From Oikopleura dioica (Eukaryota; Animalia; Chordata): DNA of 64,000 nucleotides. Under the pieces are notes generated by a model. That model was not told the DNA's origin, ran no database searches, and saw only the letters and a list, made by a program, of their open reading frames with translations. The translations under genes were made by a program, and so were the position numbers. Location: NCBI GenBank assembly GCA_907165135.1, contig OU015568.1, positions 10,664,001 to 10,728,000 of the forward strand. Direction: 5' to 3'. Position 1 is the first letter of the stretch, and every line of letters begins with the position of its first letter. Shown here one piece after another: positions 39,051 through 52,064 of the stretch.

Positions 39051-40499
39051 GGTGTTTGTGTTTTGTAAAGTCCGTTAACAGTCAGGCATCTCGTCCAATT
39101 TCTTCGATCGTTTCGTCTGCCTTACCCGCTCATTTCGATCTTGTCTAGAAACAACAAAGAATTAATATTTGATCTGGAATCGGAGCAAGTTTAATTAATC
39201 TGACTAAATATAATCAATTTGGGCAACAAGCGGAAAAATATCAAACTGGAATGTGATACGTGGTGGCAGATGGATGATTTTTGTACAAAAGGGTGGGTTC
39301 AGGTCTTGCTGGTGATAATAAATAAAAGTAGCGGTAGTTAAGTTTAAGTTGGAATGATTTCTCTTTTCGAATGTATAAAACTCAAATAAAGCTATGTTGA
39401 ATCACAAAGTGCAGATAAAAATAACATTGAACGTGGGGTGAGCTAAGTACAGTGCGCTTTCCAGCTGAATGACTCACATTTGAAATATTCTTATTTAAGA
39501 TACCGGCGTTTGCGTGCTGTCGGGACTTAAGTTCCTTCAGCTGTCAATCACCAATGTCAAGAGTTCTCATGGAGACAGATAGAGTTCGAAAGACGCGTTT
39601 TTATAACTTTTATGGAATTAGAAAAGTGTGATAACAGTGGCCTGCTAGACTACGGTAGTCTGGGGAGCGTTTGATTTTTTCGCTTTAGGGGGCGAGGGAA
39701 GGTCGATCAGATCCGCCTGGGTTAGGCTTGTTCGTTTTCGAACAATCTCTGCCGAGTTTCCACTTGCAAGATGCTCGTTTCCGTTCGAATCCTCTGATGT
39801 TGAAAGCTTCTGAAAGTCAAGTTACGTAACGCTTTGTTTTGAACTCGTCTTTGGGGAGTCTCAAAGAATTTATTTAGGGGGAGAGACAAAAACACGACGG
39901 TGGAATTTACATTCGTGATGCAATAATTGTGATCGATTCTCATCGTTATTTCTAAATTCAGAGGCTATTTATGTCACTGTCTGGGAATAAAAAACAGCAG
40001 TGTTTATTTAATGACAGCAACTTCCATTTATCTTTTCATGAGATTGAAAATATGCATTCATCTGGAAGACAAAGATGAGAATCGCTCCCGCACTTGTTTT
40101 TCCAGCTTTGGATAAAAATATGAATAAGAAAATCAAGAATTATTTTGAAGTTCAAAAAGGTATTTAAATATTCTTCTCTTGGTTGATATTATTTCAAAAA
40201 TATAATATTGGAAAACTTCTATTGTCAGAAAAATAAAGGAGCGCTGGTCAAAAACACATCCATATTTACGCACCCGCTGACGTAAATTTCCATCGCGATG
40301 GCAAAGTTAACTTTTTTCTTTGAAAACAGTAAACAAATCTTCTTTTGTTTCTCATAGAACAAGAACATAAGTGTGAAATTTGAACTTGATGGTTATGAAA
40401 TGAGAAAACAAGGAAAAAAGACACTGGTCACCAGTGACTGGTGTTTACAAAGACGGAGTTGTTTTTAAAGACAAAAATACCTGAAGGCGTTTTCTTTCT

Positions 40500-43219
40500 A
40501 CAGGAATAGGAAGATCGTTGGTCGAGTCTCTCAAGATCGAAGAGCTGCAAGAGCTCGTCTCTGTGAAGGCCAATGAAATGGATGAGCCGCCAAAGGCCCC
40601 GTCGAGCCCGTGGGAGCCATCTGGCCCGTCGCCAATTGAACCACCGAAAAGCTCATCGGCCTCCTCGTGAGTGGGAATCCGCGCGTCCAGGTCAAAGTTG
40701 TCCTTGTTATTTTCTTTGTCAGCATTTTCGGCCGGGCGCAGAAAGTCTGGCAGAATGAGGTCGTTTTTATTGAGCAGGCCGCGCTGGTCCTGGAGAAGCA
40801 GGTGCGCAAATGGACAGAGGATATTAAATATTGGAAATTACTTCCGATTTATTTATGCCGGCCTCGTAAATCGTCAATCGTTGGGATATATTCTTGGAAG
40901 ACTCCCAATTAAAATATATTTTACTGTTACTCAAATTGAAGCAAAACGCATTCGAATAAGGTCAAGAAAAACTATCAATTATTGAAATTACTTTCAAAAT
41001 TGCGTCACCGTTCCTGAAGTTGACCCTGTCCACCCAAAGAAAGCCGATTATCAAAATCGGCCTTGGCCTTGTTCGAGTCCTGCGACTCTTCGATTCCAAT
41101 ATTAACCGCGGAAATCCTATTCAATCCGCTCTCTCTCGATCTTGATCGCTTGCGTATGCCGAGGCTGTCTCTCCGCCGCCTCAGCAGATCAAGGGCACTT
41201 TGCTGCACGTCAGACTTGGGTCGCTTCGGCTCCACCGGCTACGCAATTAATATTTAGTCTCTTTCTCTCTTCAGCTAACATAAACTCTCGATTTTATCTA
41301 CCTTGCGGAATTCGTTTTCTTTGAGCTCGAGGACGACACGTTGCTCTTTTAGCGTACTGACGGGATCCATCATATTCACTGGGAGCTTTGTGCCGGCCAG
41401 GCGCACAACCACTTGACTAAGAGTACGGTCGGGAATGTACCGGGCCATGATGGGCTGGAGCACTTCGGAAACGGGCTTGTGGATCTTTGAACGAATCCCG
41501 ATGCTCCGTTTTATGTGAACAATGTCAAGCCTAAAATCGTTACGGTTAGTTTTTTCTTGTTAGTTCTCCTTCAAAACGCGCGCAATTTGTTTTTTCTTTG
41601 AAAATTTATTTGTGGCTACCCAATCTTTCTCTGAGAGCATCAAGGTATGTTGGCCTACGAGACTTAGAATCGGGAAGAAGCATTCTGCCGCTTTTTCGAC
41701 CTTGAATGGCATATTTTTCAGAAGAAGCCCTTGAAATAGCCTTCGGCGGAGACACGGTCATATTCGGAATGATCAAAGATTCATGATTCCGTAGAAACTC
41801 CAATTTCTCCCTGAGAAAAAGCCGGGTCACCATTATTTTCAATTATCGCCTTTTCATGGTCGATAAGAAACTAACCTGAACGTGACACGGAGTTCGCCGC
41901 GAATGTGTCTACCAGACAGACACATTGAGTCTGCGTCCAGCGAGAGCGAATCTGTGTTAGAACCTTCGTTCAGGAGCAGCCAGTCGATGCATCCGGGACT
42001 GAGGCCACGGCGGCTTGCCACATTATTGAGGAGTGAACGAGCTGGAACTCCACTTTTGAGTGCGATAGTTGTTGATCCCCCATCACTGAAGGCCAAGCTT
42101 TTAGAGATAAACATTCAGTTTTAATATCTGAGTTTATATTCACGGATGGATCGATAAGTTTTAAAGAAGTGCCGGTAAGTTAACCTACCTGAAATGAATG
42201 TGGCAAACATTGCCGTTGAATTTTGCATCGTCAGCATCTAGCTCAATGCTAGAAGCAGAGGAGTGCGCGCTGGAGAGAGTCGAGCTGGAGCCCATCTCTT
42301 TATCCTTCGTCTTCCGCCTCATTATACTCGACCGAGCTTTATCATTTCGTTTAGGCTCGATGGCGAAGAGCTCGGTCTTGCGCCCAATGAGCTTCTGTAG
42401 CGTTGATTTTCTCTTATCTTTTTCCGCACTGGGCTCTGGCCATTTTCGATCCGGCGAATATCGTCGACAGTAATTTGGTGTCCCTCAAGCTCAAGTTCGA
42501 TCAATTTCGCGTAGAGCTCATTGCGCAGGAATCTATTTAGACACTGTTATGCTAAGAACGGCATGAGAGAGCCTTTGGCAATGTCTGCCCGACAAGAATG
42601 AAACTCAACAAGTGCAAAAGATGCAATTAAATCGACGTCGCTATGGTTAGCAATAACTTTTGCAAACAAAGGCTGATTTAGAAGGAAAACGAATTTTCTC
42701 TCAAAATTCGAACTCGAAATTGTAAATTAGCAAACCTGGAGTAACTGTCGAATTTCATCAAGTTGTAAATGGCTTCTTTTTGTGGAACAAACGAAGTTGG
42801 TTTTGGATCGTGAGCTTCAGCGAGTGCTTTTTGCGACAGATGATCGGGGATGTTCACTGGACTCTCTGCATCTGGCCCGATAAAACGACTGATAATATCT
42901 AAAATTTTCTTTATACCCTTTTTTTAGACTTCATATCTACCTTTTACTCTTGTAGAAACAATCTCTGGGTCTGTCTCTAGCTCCAATCTTGAGCCTGAAA
43001 AATTGATAGAAAACTGGCGAAAAAAGGGAAAGACTTACATTCGAGCCAGAATTGAATGTTTTCTTCAGAGTATTCTTTTCTTAAAAATGAGGAGATAGCG
43101 GCGATCCCGAGTTCGTCCTGTAGCACAGCGTCTAATGAGATCGCCCAGCGGGAAATATGACCTTGAGCTCCAGGCTCAGACGGGTTCGAGATGTCGGAGA
43201 GAACAGATTGATGCGACAT
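40500..43219 (-). CDS. RGS12/RGS14 (loco)-like protein: RGS domain, two Ras-binding domains and a GoLoco motif
   Basis: RWAISLDAVLQD..FLRKEYSEENIQFWLEC; PVNI..AIYNLMKFDSYSRFL; RBD-like exons at 41280-42110; GoLoco DQRGLLNKNDLILPDFL near 40740-40800. 3' end approximate. Confidence 0.88.
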
Positions 43220-43639
43220 ACTCAGCGCTAGAAAAAATACGATCCTCAAAAATATTCTAGAAGGATTTCAAGTTGTTTTCAGCCTTCTCAACAACATTCA
43301 AGAGTAAATTTTTTACCTTTTGAATTGGCCAGTAGTTCTGTGGAAAATGACAACTTAGATAATAAACTTGTTTTGGAGGGACTCTTGTGTTTTGCTTCAA
43401 CAGGACTTTGTAATAAATCTGAGCTAGCCCGCCTTTGGCGCCGATTTCGTTTCTCAAGCAAAAGGTCATCCTGACTTGAGTTGTGAACGAATGGGGGATC
43501 CATTCTAAAGAAACAAGGTCAACACTTTCCTTTTGAATAAAAATAAAACTCTTCTCATGAAAAAAATAAAATGGAAGCAGAGAGGGATAAATCTGAGTGC
43601 ATAGTAAGTGAAGGAAGAAAAATAACGGTGGAATGGAAG

Positions 43640-46179
43640 TTAGGGAGAGGTAGGAATCTCTTCTGGATGAACTTGATTCACAGTTACAATGGAGCGGATC
43701 TGGCTGGATGATCTGGAAATGTGAACTTCAGACTGGTTGCTTCCCTCGCGTTGGAGTCGCTTGCGCTCAAGCTCTAGCTGCGTAAGACCCTCAAGCACAA
43801 GTTTCTTTGAGCCTTTGCTAATTGAACTCGACTCAAGCAAGACTTCAACCGCATGATCCAAGCCAATCTCGAGGCAGCGTCCCTGGAGTCTTTTGTTCAT
43901 CATTAAATTGTGGACGATTTCGGCCACAACTTGAATCACTTCCGAAGGCTGCGTTGACGAAGTCTTGAGCCAGTCGAACATAAGTGGGAAAACGGCATCT
44001 TCTAAGAGTTGCTCGCAGTTTTCGGGGCCGAGGGAGACGCTTTTGATAACCTATAAAGTTTTATCATTGTCAAGAAATTGAGGAAAAAGATTGATGAGCT
44101 TGCTTTTTTAGAAAGAGCTTCCGACTCGTGCCCATAAATCAAAGTCTATCAAAAAAGTGACACTAACCTCATTAGCAAGCTCGATGGTCGGCTGATCAAA
44201 GGTCCTGAACTGAATGGAAAAGACTTCATCGATCACCGGAAGCGCCACTCTGACCGTCTCATCGCGTGCAATAAAAGAGAGTGTATCGAGTGTTTGCCGT
44301 TCGATATCTTCATGTCCCGTGTTTCGTAAGGTTTTGCCGCAAGAGCTTGCGCACTGAGTTGCGTCTGCGGGGACACCAGAACGAAGAAGTTGGTTCATGA
44401 TCGAAATCATCAAAGCCATCTCTCGATCTGAGAGATCATCTGAAAAATACCAATAAGATATACACCGATTTTCAGCCCTCAGATATTCATTTTTATTAAC
44501 GATACTCCTCTATGTTTCCAATATATTTACTCACCGATTGTATCAATAGCCGTATTTATGTCCGATAAAACACAGTCAAGAGAATATGCGTGAGATTCGG
44601 CAAGATAGGAAATTCCGTTCAATGCTTCTAGCCGGGCAGCGGAAGATATTTGGGAATAAATGGCCGCTGATAGGATGGAGACGTCGCATCGGGCGATATA
44701 ATGTTCTCTGATGCTTTCCTCAGTCAGCAACTCGGCAACAGCTTCCGCTGCATGTTCCTGAATGGCGGCTTTATTAGGTGCCCGTCATCCGATATCCCAA
44801 AGGAGCTATCTTTTCTCTCCAACGCCGGAGGTTCGTCGCCCCAAAAGGGAACGAGGATTCACTCTTCAATCAGCCAGGATTTATTACCTTTGTGTAGCGG
44901 TCGTTACTAGCGATTAAATTATTCAGCGGATCGAGCAGATCCTTTTCCACAATAGCCAACTTCTCGTTCTCTCCAAGTGCTACTTCTGTGGACAGTTCAA
45001 ACGCAGCTAAATTCGAAATGAAAAAGATATCTTTAGTTTTGTGCATTACCTGCTCTCTTCAACGCTGGATCTGTGGACTTCAAAGCGTCGGCGAGACCTT
45101 CTGAGGTGCCAAATTGAGACAATGAGTTTGCAATGAGCATTCCCGGCTCCAATTGTACGTTCGAGTAGGTCTAAAATGTTTGTCTGAGTAAACAGAAGAT
45201 GTGCCATCCATCTCTCTTACCATAATGACAAAAATCTCTGCGATAAGCAAAAGGGCGGCCGTGATGCCGAATATAACAGCGTCGTAAATTTTATCTGTCG
45301 CCGCGAAGCCGACGATGATCGAGTAGCCGGCGAACAGCACCAAATTGGATATCAACAACGCGAGGAAGACCTGTTTGTATTTCTTATACACTTTCGCTTT
45401 GCCCACCCAACCGGATAGATACGTGTACCCAGGAATCCAAAAGAGCCAGAAGCTTGGCCAGATGAAAGAGACGAAGCCCATGTACCAGAATTTCTCTGAA
45501 AAGAAGGCCAAAATCACCATCGGATAAATCGCCATGAGGGAAAGCTTCACGTTTCTTATCAGATCTTCTCTCTTTATCAACGGTCTTCATCATGTTCTTA
45601 CTCTTTTTCATATATTTTCCGTGATTTTGCTCAACAAAAATTTCGGACAATTTCCTCAAAGCTGCCCGCGGGCGCTTCGTAGGCGCACTGCGCGCGAAGT
45701 TCAAAGCTCACAAGTGAGCGCGACCAAGAAAATCGATTAGCGTAACCAAATTGTCACACACGGCCTATTATAAAAATGATCTGTTTGTTGAGTCAATGCT
45801 GGAAAATATTTAGCGCGGATGAGCGACCACCTGCCTTGTGGAAAATGTCGATCTCGCGCCGCAAGGCCTTGAGGTGAGGCTCCTCGGGCTTCTTCCCTGG
45901 CGGGATGTAGCGGTAGAATAAATCTCGCTTGAGCTCTTCCCCTGTCGCCAAAGTGATCAGTTCGACAACGGTGTTGTCGTAGATTTCGCACTCTTCAAGT
46001 GTCAGTTTATCTTGAAGGTAAACATCTTTGTACTTCAGGCGAAAAGGGTGCTTGTGATGGCCGATCTCAGCTAAATTGTGTAGAATCGACCCTCTAACGC
46101 GAGAAACAGTCCAGTCTGCCTCGACAGTAACCACGAAGGTATTAAGTGGGATGAATTTACTATGAACGAATAATATCAT
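43640..46179 (-). CDS. Unknown protein: N-terminal ubiquitin-like domain, multi-TM segment, then ARM/HEAT-like repeats
   Basis: Ubl exon (FRLKYKDVYLQDKLTLEECEIYDNTVVELI). The TM exon ending FVIM splices via a roughly 50-bp GTAAG..TTTTAG intron in phase 0 to TYSNVQLEPG..ALKRAAAFELS..., followed by helical-repeat exons to 43640. The Ubl-to-TM junction is not fully resolved. Confidence 0.65.
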
Positions 46180-46416
46180 CGCCTCATCTGAAGTCAAGTA
46201 TTAATTTCAGGAAAACAATCGGGCGCCAGACTTGGCTTATTTAGATTACAGAAAAGACACAGAGTCATTAAAAACAGGAAGAAGAACGGGTGGACAGCTG
46301 GTATTATAGAAAGAAAAATTGAGTAGTATCAATGTACTTTAGAGAGGAATCATGGAATTTTTCGTTGTTTCTGATCAAGCGATCATATGATCATAAAATA
46401 AGTTGAATAGTCTGGT

Positions 46417-47472
46417 TTAGTAGTCTTCTGCCCACTCGTTTTCCTCGAGAAAAGTGGAGACAACTTCTTTCATGACAAGATTGGGAACGAGCATGTCAGA
46501 GGTAAGCTTTTTAGATGATACCGGGTCGAAGTGGCCGACTTTTTGAAGATGCTCTTCGATGTCTAATCCGGGATAAGATGACAGCAAGAATCAAGCTTTT
46601 TACCTTTTCTATTGTAAGTTATCCCGCTGGGCGTGATAACAGGGTTTTTCAAAAGGTCGAAGGATATTTTATCGCAGAGGTAATCCGGAACTTCCCGAGT
46701 CTTTCGCCTCTCGTCGATTTGGGAAAAGAGGGCTTTGACCTCCTCGCGGCGCGAGCGGATTTTAGAATCGATCTTTTTTATCTTCTCCGCGTACTCCTCA
46801 TCCCCTTGATCCACTTCTTCAGTTTGTTTTTCCTTGTCGAGGCTTATCAAATTCATGATGTAGGATTCGAGTTCCACTTCTTGCGAAATACGCTCTTGCT
46901 CTCGCTTCTGCCAACGTTTGCTCTTGGCCAAGCGTAAAGATTGCGCGATCTCTTCTCCAAAGTTTTTATGCTGATCGAGAGCGTACTTCTGCGCCTATTA
47001 AATAATTGCAATCTACCCTCGATCGATTAGGATAAACAACTTACTGTCTGCAGCGCGATCACTGCGTCATCAAATCTCTCCAAATTTATCAGCGACTGTC
47101 CGAGCAAGTAATGACCTTTGACACTAAAATCAGTAGTGTTTTTGCATATTCAATGTTTTCGTAGACACCTGCTCGGGCAGATACCGATTGCCTCACGCGC
47201 TTCGCTGCATGCTTCGTCGAAGCGCTTCAATTTTATGTAGCAAAGAGCCTTGTTTGTATACAAAACATCGTTCCTGGGCGCCTTTTGGATCGCTTTTGAG
47301 TACGATTTCAGCGCTAAAAGCTGTTTCATCCTATATTACCTTATTGAGGATAATTACCTTGCTCGTACTTTTTGTGCGAGTAGTATTTGTTGCCTTCCTC
47401 TTTCAACGCCTCCCATGTGTCCTTTTTAGGCGGCTCTCTCTTCTCGCCCTTTTCATACTTTTCTTTTGTCAT
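46417..47472 (-). CDS. STUB1: CHIP E3 ubiquitin ligase (TPR plus U-box)
   Basis: [28 protein letters not shown] TPRs; AKSKRWQ; U-box [38 protein letters not shown]. Confidence 0.95.
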
Positions 47473-47633
47473 ACTGAAACACATTTTAAATTGAAAAAAT
47501 CAATAAAATTTCTTTCGCTCTGAATAAATAAGGCAATTAGCACGTGTGAACAGTGAGAACGGAAGTAGAAACTTAGTCTTGATTGTGCCGGCAGTGAATT
47601 AGAGATAAGGAAAGTGATCGGCAATCAACGGGC

Positions 47634-48126
47634 TCAGGCGAATACATCGTCATCCTCTGATGGGAACTCGGCGTAGCTTTTATCTTGCGCGAGCTTGAGC
47701 CTGTTTGCCTAGGAGGAAATATGTTGACTCTTGTGCTTTTAAAGTGCTTTTGATACCGTCGCAAGGGCAGTCAGCGCGTCCTCGTGGTTTTCCATAGACA
47801 TGTGAACGAGGCCGAGGTAGTGATGGGCATTGAAGTTGGATGGGCAAATGCTGATGAATTCCTGAGCATCTGTAAGTGCTTGATTCATGTCACCTTGCTT
47901 CATGGAACTTTTTCACGGTGAGAATTTGAAGCTTTCGAAAGTTGATATCATGGAAGACTAATCTTCAAATTTCACCGTCCCAGAGGATCTTACCAGAGCA
48001 GAACATACTTGGATCGACAGGAGAATTCAACAAAGCTTCCGAGAAACTTTCTCGAGCTTGACGATAATTTTTCGCCTCGTAATGCTCTTTACCAATTTTA
48101 TGTAATTTTTCAAAGATATCTTGCAT
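47634..48126 (-). CDS. TPR-only CHIP paralog lacking the coiled coil and U-box (may be a pseudogene)
   Basis: MQDIFEKLHKIGKEHYEAKNY..., MKQGDMNQALTDAQEFISICPSNFNAHHYLGLVH..EDALTALAT|ANRL. Aligns to the neighbouring CHIP TPRs and shares its phase-0 intron after AL.T. Stop at 47634-47636. Confidence 0.7.
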
Positions 48127-48314
48127 TCTATAACGAAGACTCTTGATAAATATTTACTTTGTTTCTTTTTTTTTATTATAGAATAAGATCATGAATGGGC
48201 ATATATTTGAACAATTAATTGAATGAAAATGAACTTTACAACAGTGAAGAATATAGAAGGATAGTTTTCGACGAGTTATTGCTAGTAGTTTATACTTCAT
48301 GATAATGGCTTGAG

Positions 48315-48967
48315 GGCTGGGGGGACAAAAGTCTAGCACCGCCCGAGGGCCAGGATACCACACTGCGCTACTAGCCAAGTTATGGGGGCGCAACGGAGCG
48401 CGCCCGCTGAAATGAAAAGCACTTCCTCAGGAGATTGAAGAATAAAAGCTTATAATAAGATAATTTATCTTTAGATTTTAAACCAAAAGAGTTGGTACAA
48501 ATAATTAATAATTACTCTTTAATTAACTTAACGAAATCACTATAATTTAAAGTCTATAAATCAAGTTTGTTGACAAATATTTACAAACCACATTGAATAA
48601 TGACTAGATAAACTTTATCCGCAGTATTAATTATATGAATTCAATGATCCTGAATGATAATATGAGCAGAAAGTAGCCTATCCCCCTCGGGTGAAACTGT
48701 TCTGTCATTTTGCGCGGTGCCCCCTAACCCTAACCTTTAAATTAAGTCAATCACTAATTAAAGCCAATCATAATTTTAATAAATTAATTTAGTAGCAAAT
48801 CCCATAAGAGTCAAGTCAACAGAAAAGAGAAGGGATTTTGAATTGCCAATTCAGAATTGGGCAGCTCTCCAGCGAGAGTCTTGCTCGCGAGCGCTACTCA
48901 GCGAGGGCCTGTATCGCGGTGTGGTAGCTCGGCCAGGAGTTGGTGCTAGACTTTTGTCCCGATTCCC
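48315..48967. mobile_element. Non-autonomous MITE with 10-bp target duplication (Mutator-like by TSD length and GG..CC ends)
   Basis: ATGGCTTGAG at 48305-48314 and 48968-48977. The TIR core GGGACAAAAGTCTAGCACC is inverted at both ends, with imperfect subterminal inverted repeats. AT-rich non-coding interior. Confidence 0.85.
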
Positions 48968-49089
48968 ATGGCTTGAGTGGAACGCGAAATTTGTAAATGC
49001 TTGAATAAGAGAAAGTAATCTAGGTATTAGAGGAGGTTCGTTAAATTATCGTTCATTTTAATTGCAGCACCCGGGTGAATGAAACATGC

Positions 49090-50836
<1,747 letters not shown>

Positions 50837-51049
50837 TCTAGGAGGGATAGGATTCGAAAAGGTTTAATTACGATATTTCTAATTGCTCAACATTTACAAG
50901 TCCAGTGGCGAGTCAGGTGAACAGTTCGGACTCTAAAGTGTGAAGAGTTGGAGGAAGAACATCAGTTAGACATATTATTGCAAATTGTTAAAGATTTTTT
51001 TCGGTACTAGAATTCTTGCGCAGCTACTAATCGTCTTTCTACATCGCGT

Positions 51050-51401
51050 TCATTCGGCATCAACGAATGATTTCATCATAGAGGTAATGAATTTTTCTAA
51101 TCGCTTGACGTCATTACTGTACTGGGCTACGAACTGGAGTCTTTTGGTGTCGTCCGTGAAGGCTATCACAAGCTGAAACTCATTGTTATTGCAGTAAGGA
51201 AGGCAAAGGAAATACCTTTTTGTCTTCGTGTCGGTAGCTGGTAGTGATTCGACAATTATCTGGGGAGGAAGCTTATTGCTGGTTCGAAAATCAATTTATC
51301 AATAAATAGGGAAAGAGTCAAATGCATTTAACAATTAACGAGCCCGTGGCATAGAGTTTCTCGGCTTCTCTGGTGAACTCTTCCCAGGTTGCAAAATACA
51401 T
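51050..51401 (-). CDS. SRP9: Signal recognition particle 9 kDa protein
   Basis: MYFATWEEFTREAEKLY..CRITTSYRHEDKK|LVIAFTDD..NDVKRLEKFITSMMK matches the SRP9 pattern. Confidence 0.88.
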
Positions 51402-51579
51402 CTCTCCGGATTTCTTAAAAAGTATACTCTCGTTTGTGGGTGTTTTGTTTGAACGAACGTGCTAAGTCACAAGCGCGAAAAGCAAGCTGAAATGGGAAGT
51501 TGGCAAAGGCGGCCAATGAATATACAGAAAATCGATGAAAAACTTGAAAATTCGAACTCAAAATCAGAGTGAACATGTT

Positions 51580-51927
51580 TTAAACGGAGAGCAGGACGAT
51601 TATGACGATGAAAAGAGCTCCAACGATCATCCAGAGAGTGCAGTTTCCCTTGTCCCGAGCGAGTAGAGTTGTGATGTTCTCAGTGTTGCGGTTCAGTCGA
51701 CCTCGGCTGTTCTCGGTCATGTCAGTGATTGTATCAATGACGACTGAACATGCATAAGAGATAAAAAAAACGAAGTACAAACCATTTTGATCGTCGACTT
51801 CATTTCCAATGGTTATTCCGATATCGCGTTGTCTTCTTATAATTGCCGCAAGATCATCGAGCGCCTGATCTTGTTGTTGAATCGTTTGTTGCTCTGATAA
51901 AAGCGGCGCTTCATCCGAGTCCGACAT
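51580..51927 (-). CDS. Short t-SNARE, syntaxin-8/Qc-like
   Basis: QQDQALDDLAAIIRRQRDIGITIGNEVDDQN SNARE motif plus a C-terminal TM helix; one intron. Confidence 0.85.
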   Translation of the reverse strand: MSDSDEAPLLSEQQTIQQQDQALDDLAAIIRRQRDIGITIGNEVDDQNGLYFVFFISYACSVVIDTITDMTENSRGRLNRNTENITTLLARDKGNCTLWMIVGALFIVIIVLLSV

Positions 51928-52064
51928 TCTTAAATACTCAAGAATTGATATTTCATAGATTTGAATAATGAAATCTGGAAACTTTTTTCAATGAACAGGA
52001 GTGGTATCTGTGGATAAGGATCAATCTAGCTGAGAGAAAAAGGAGATAGAATGAAATATTACGG

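Noticed and set aside
40420-40446. Overlapping short palindromes CACTGGTCACCAGTGACTGGTG
   Set aside because: Single short instance with no flanking element structure.
48722-48735. Telomere-like CCCTAA repeat
   Set aside because: Only two units and internal to a MITE, so not evidence of a telomere or fusion site.
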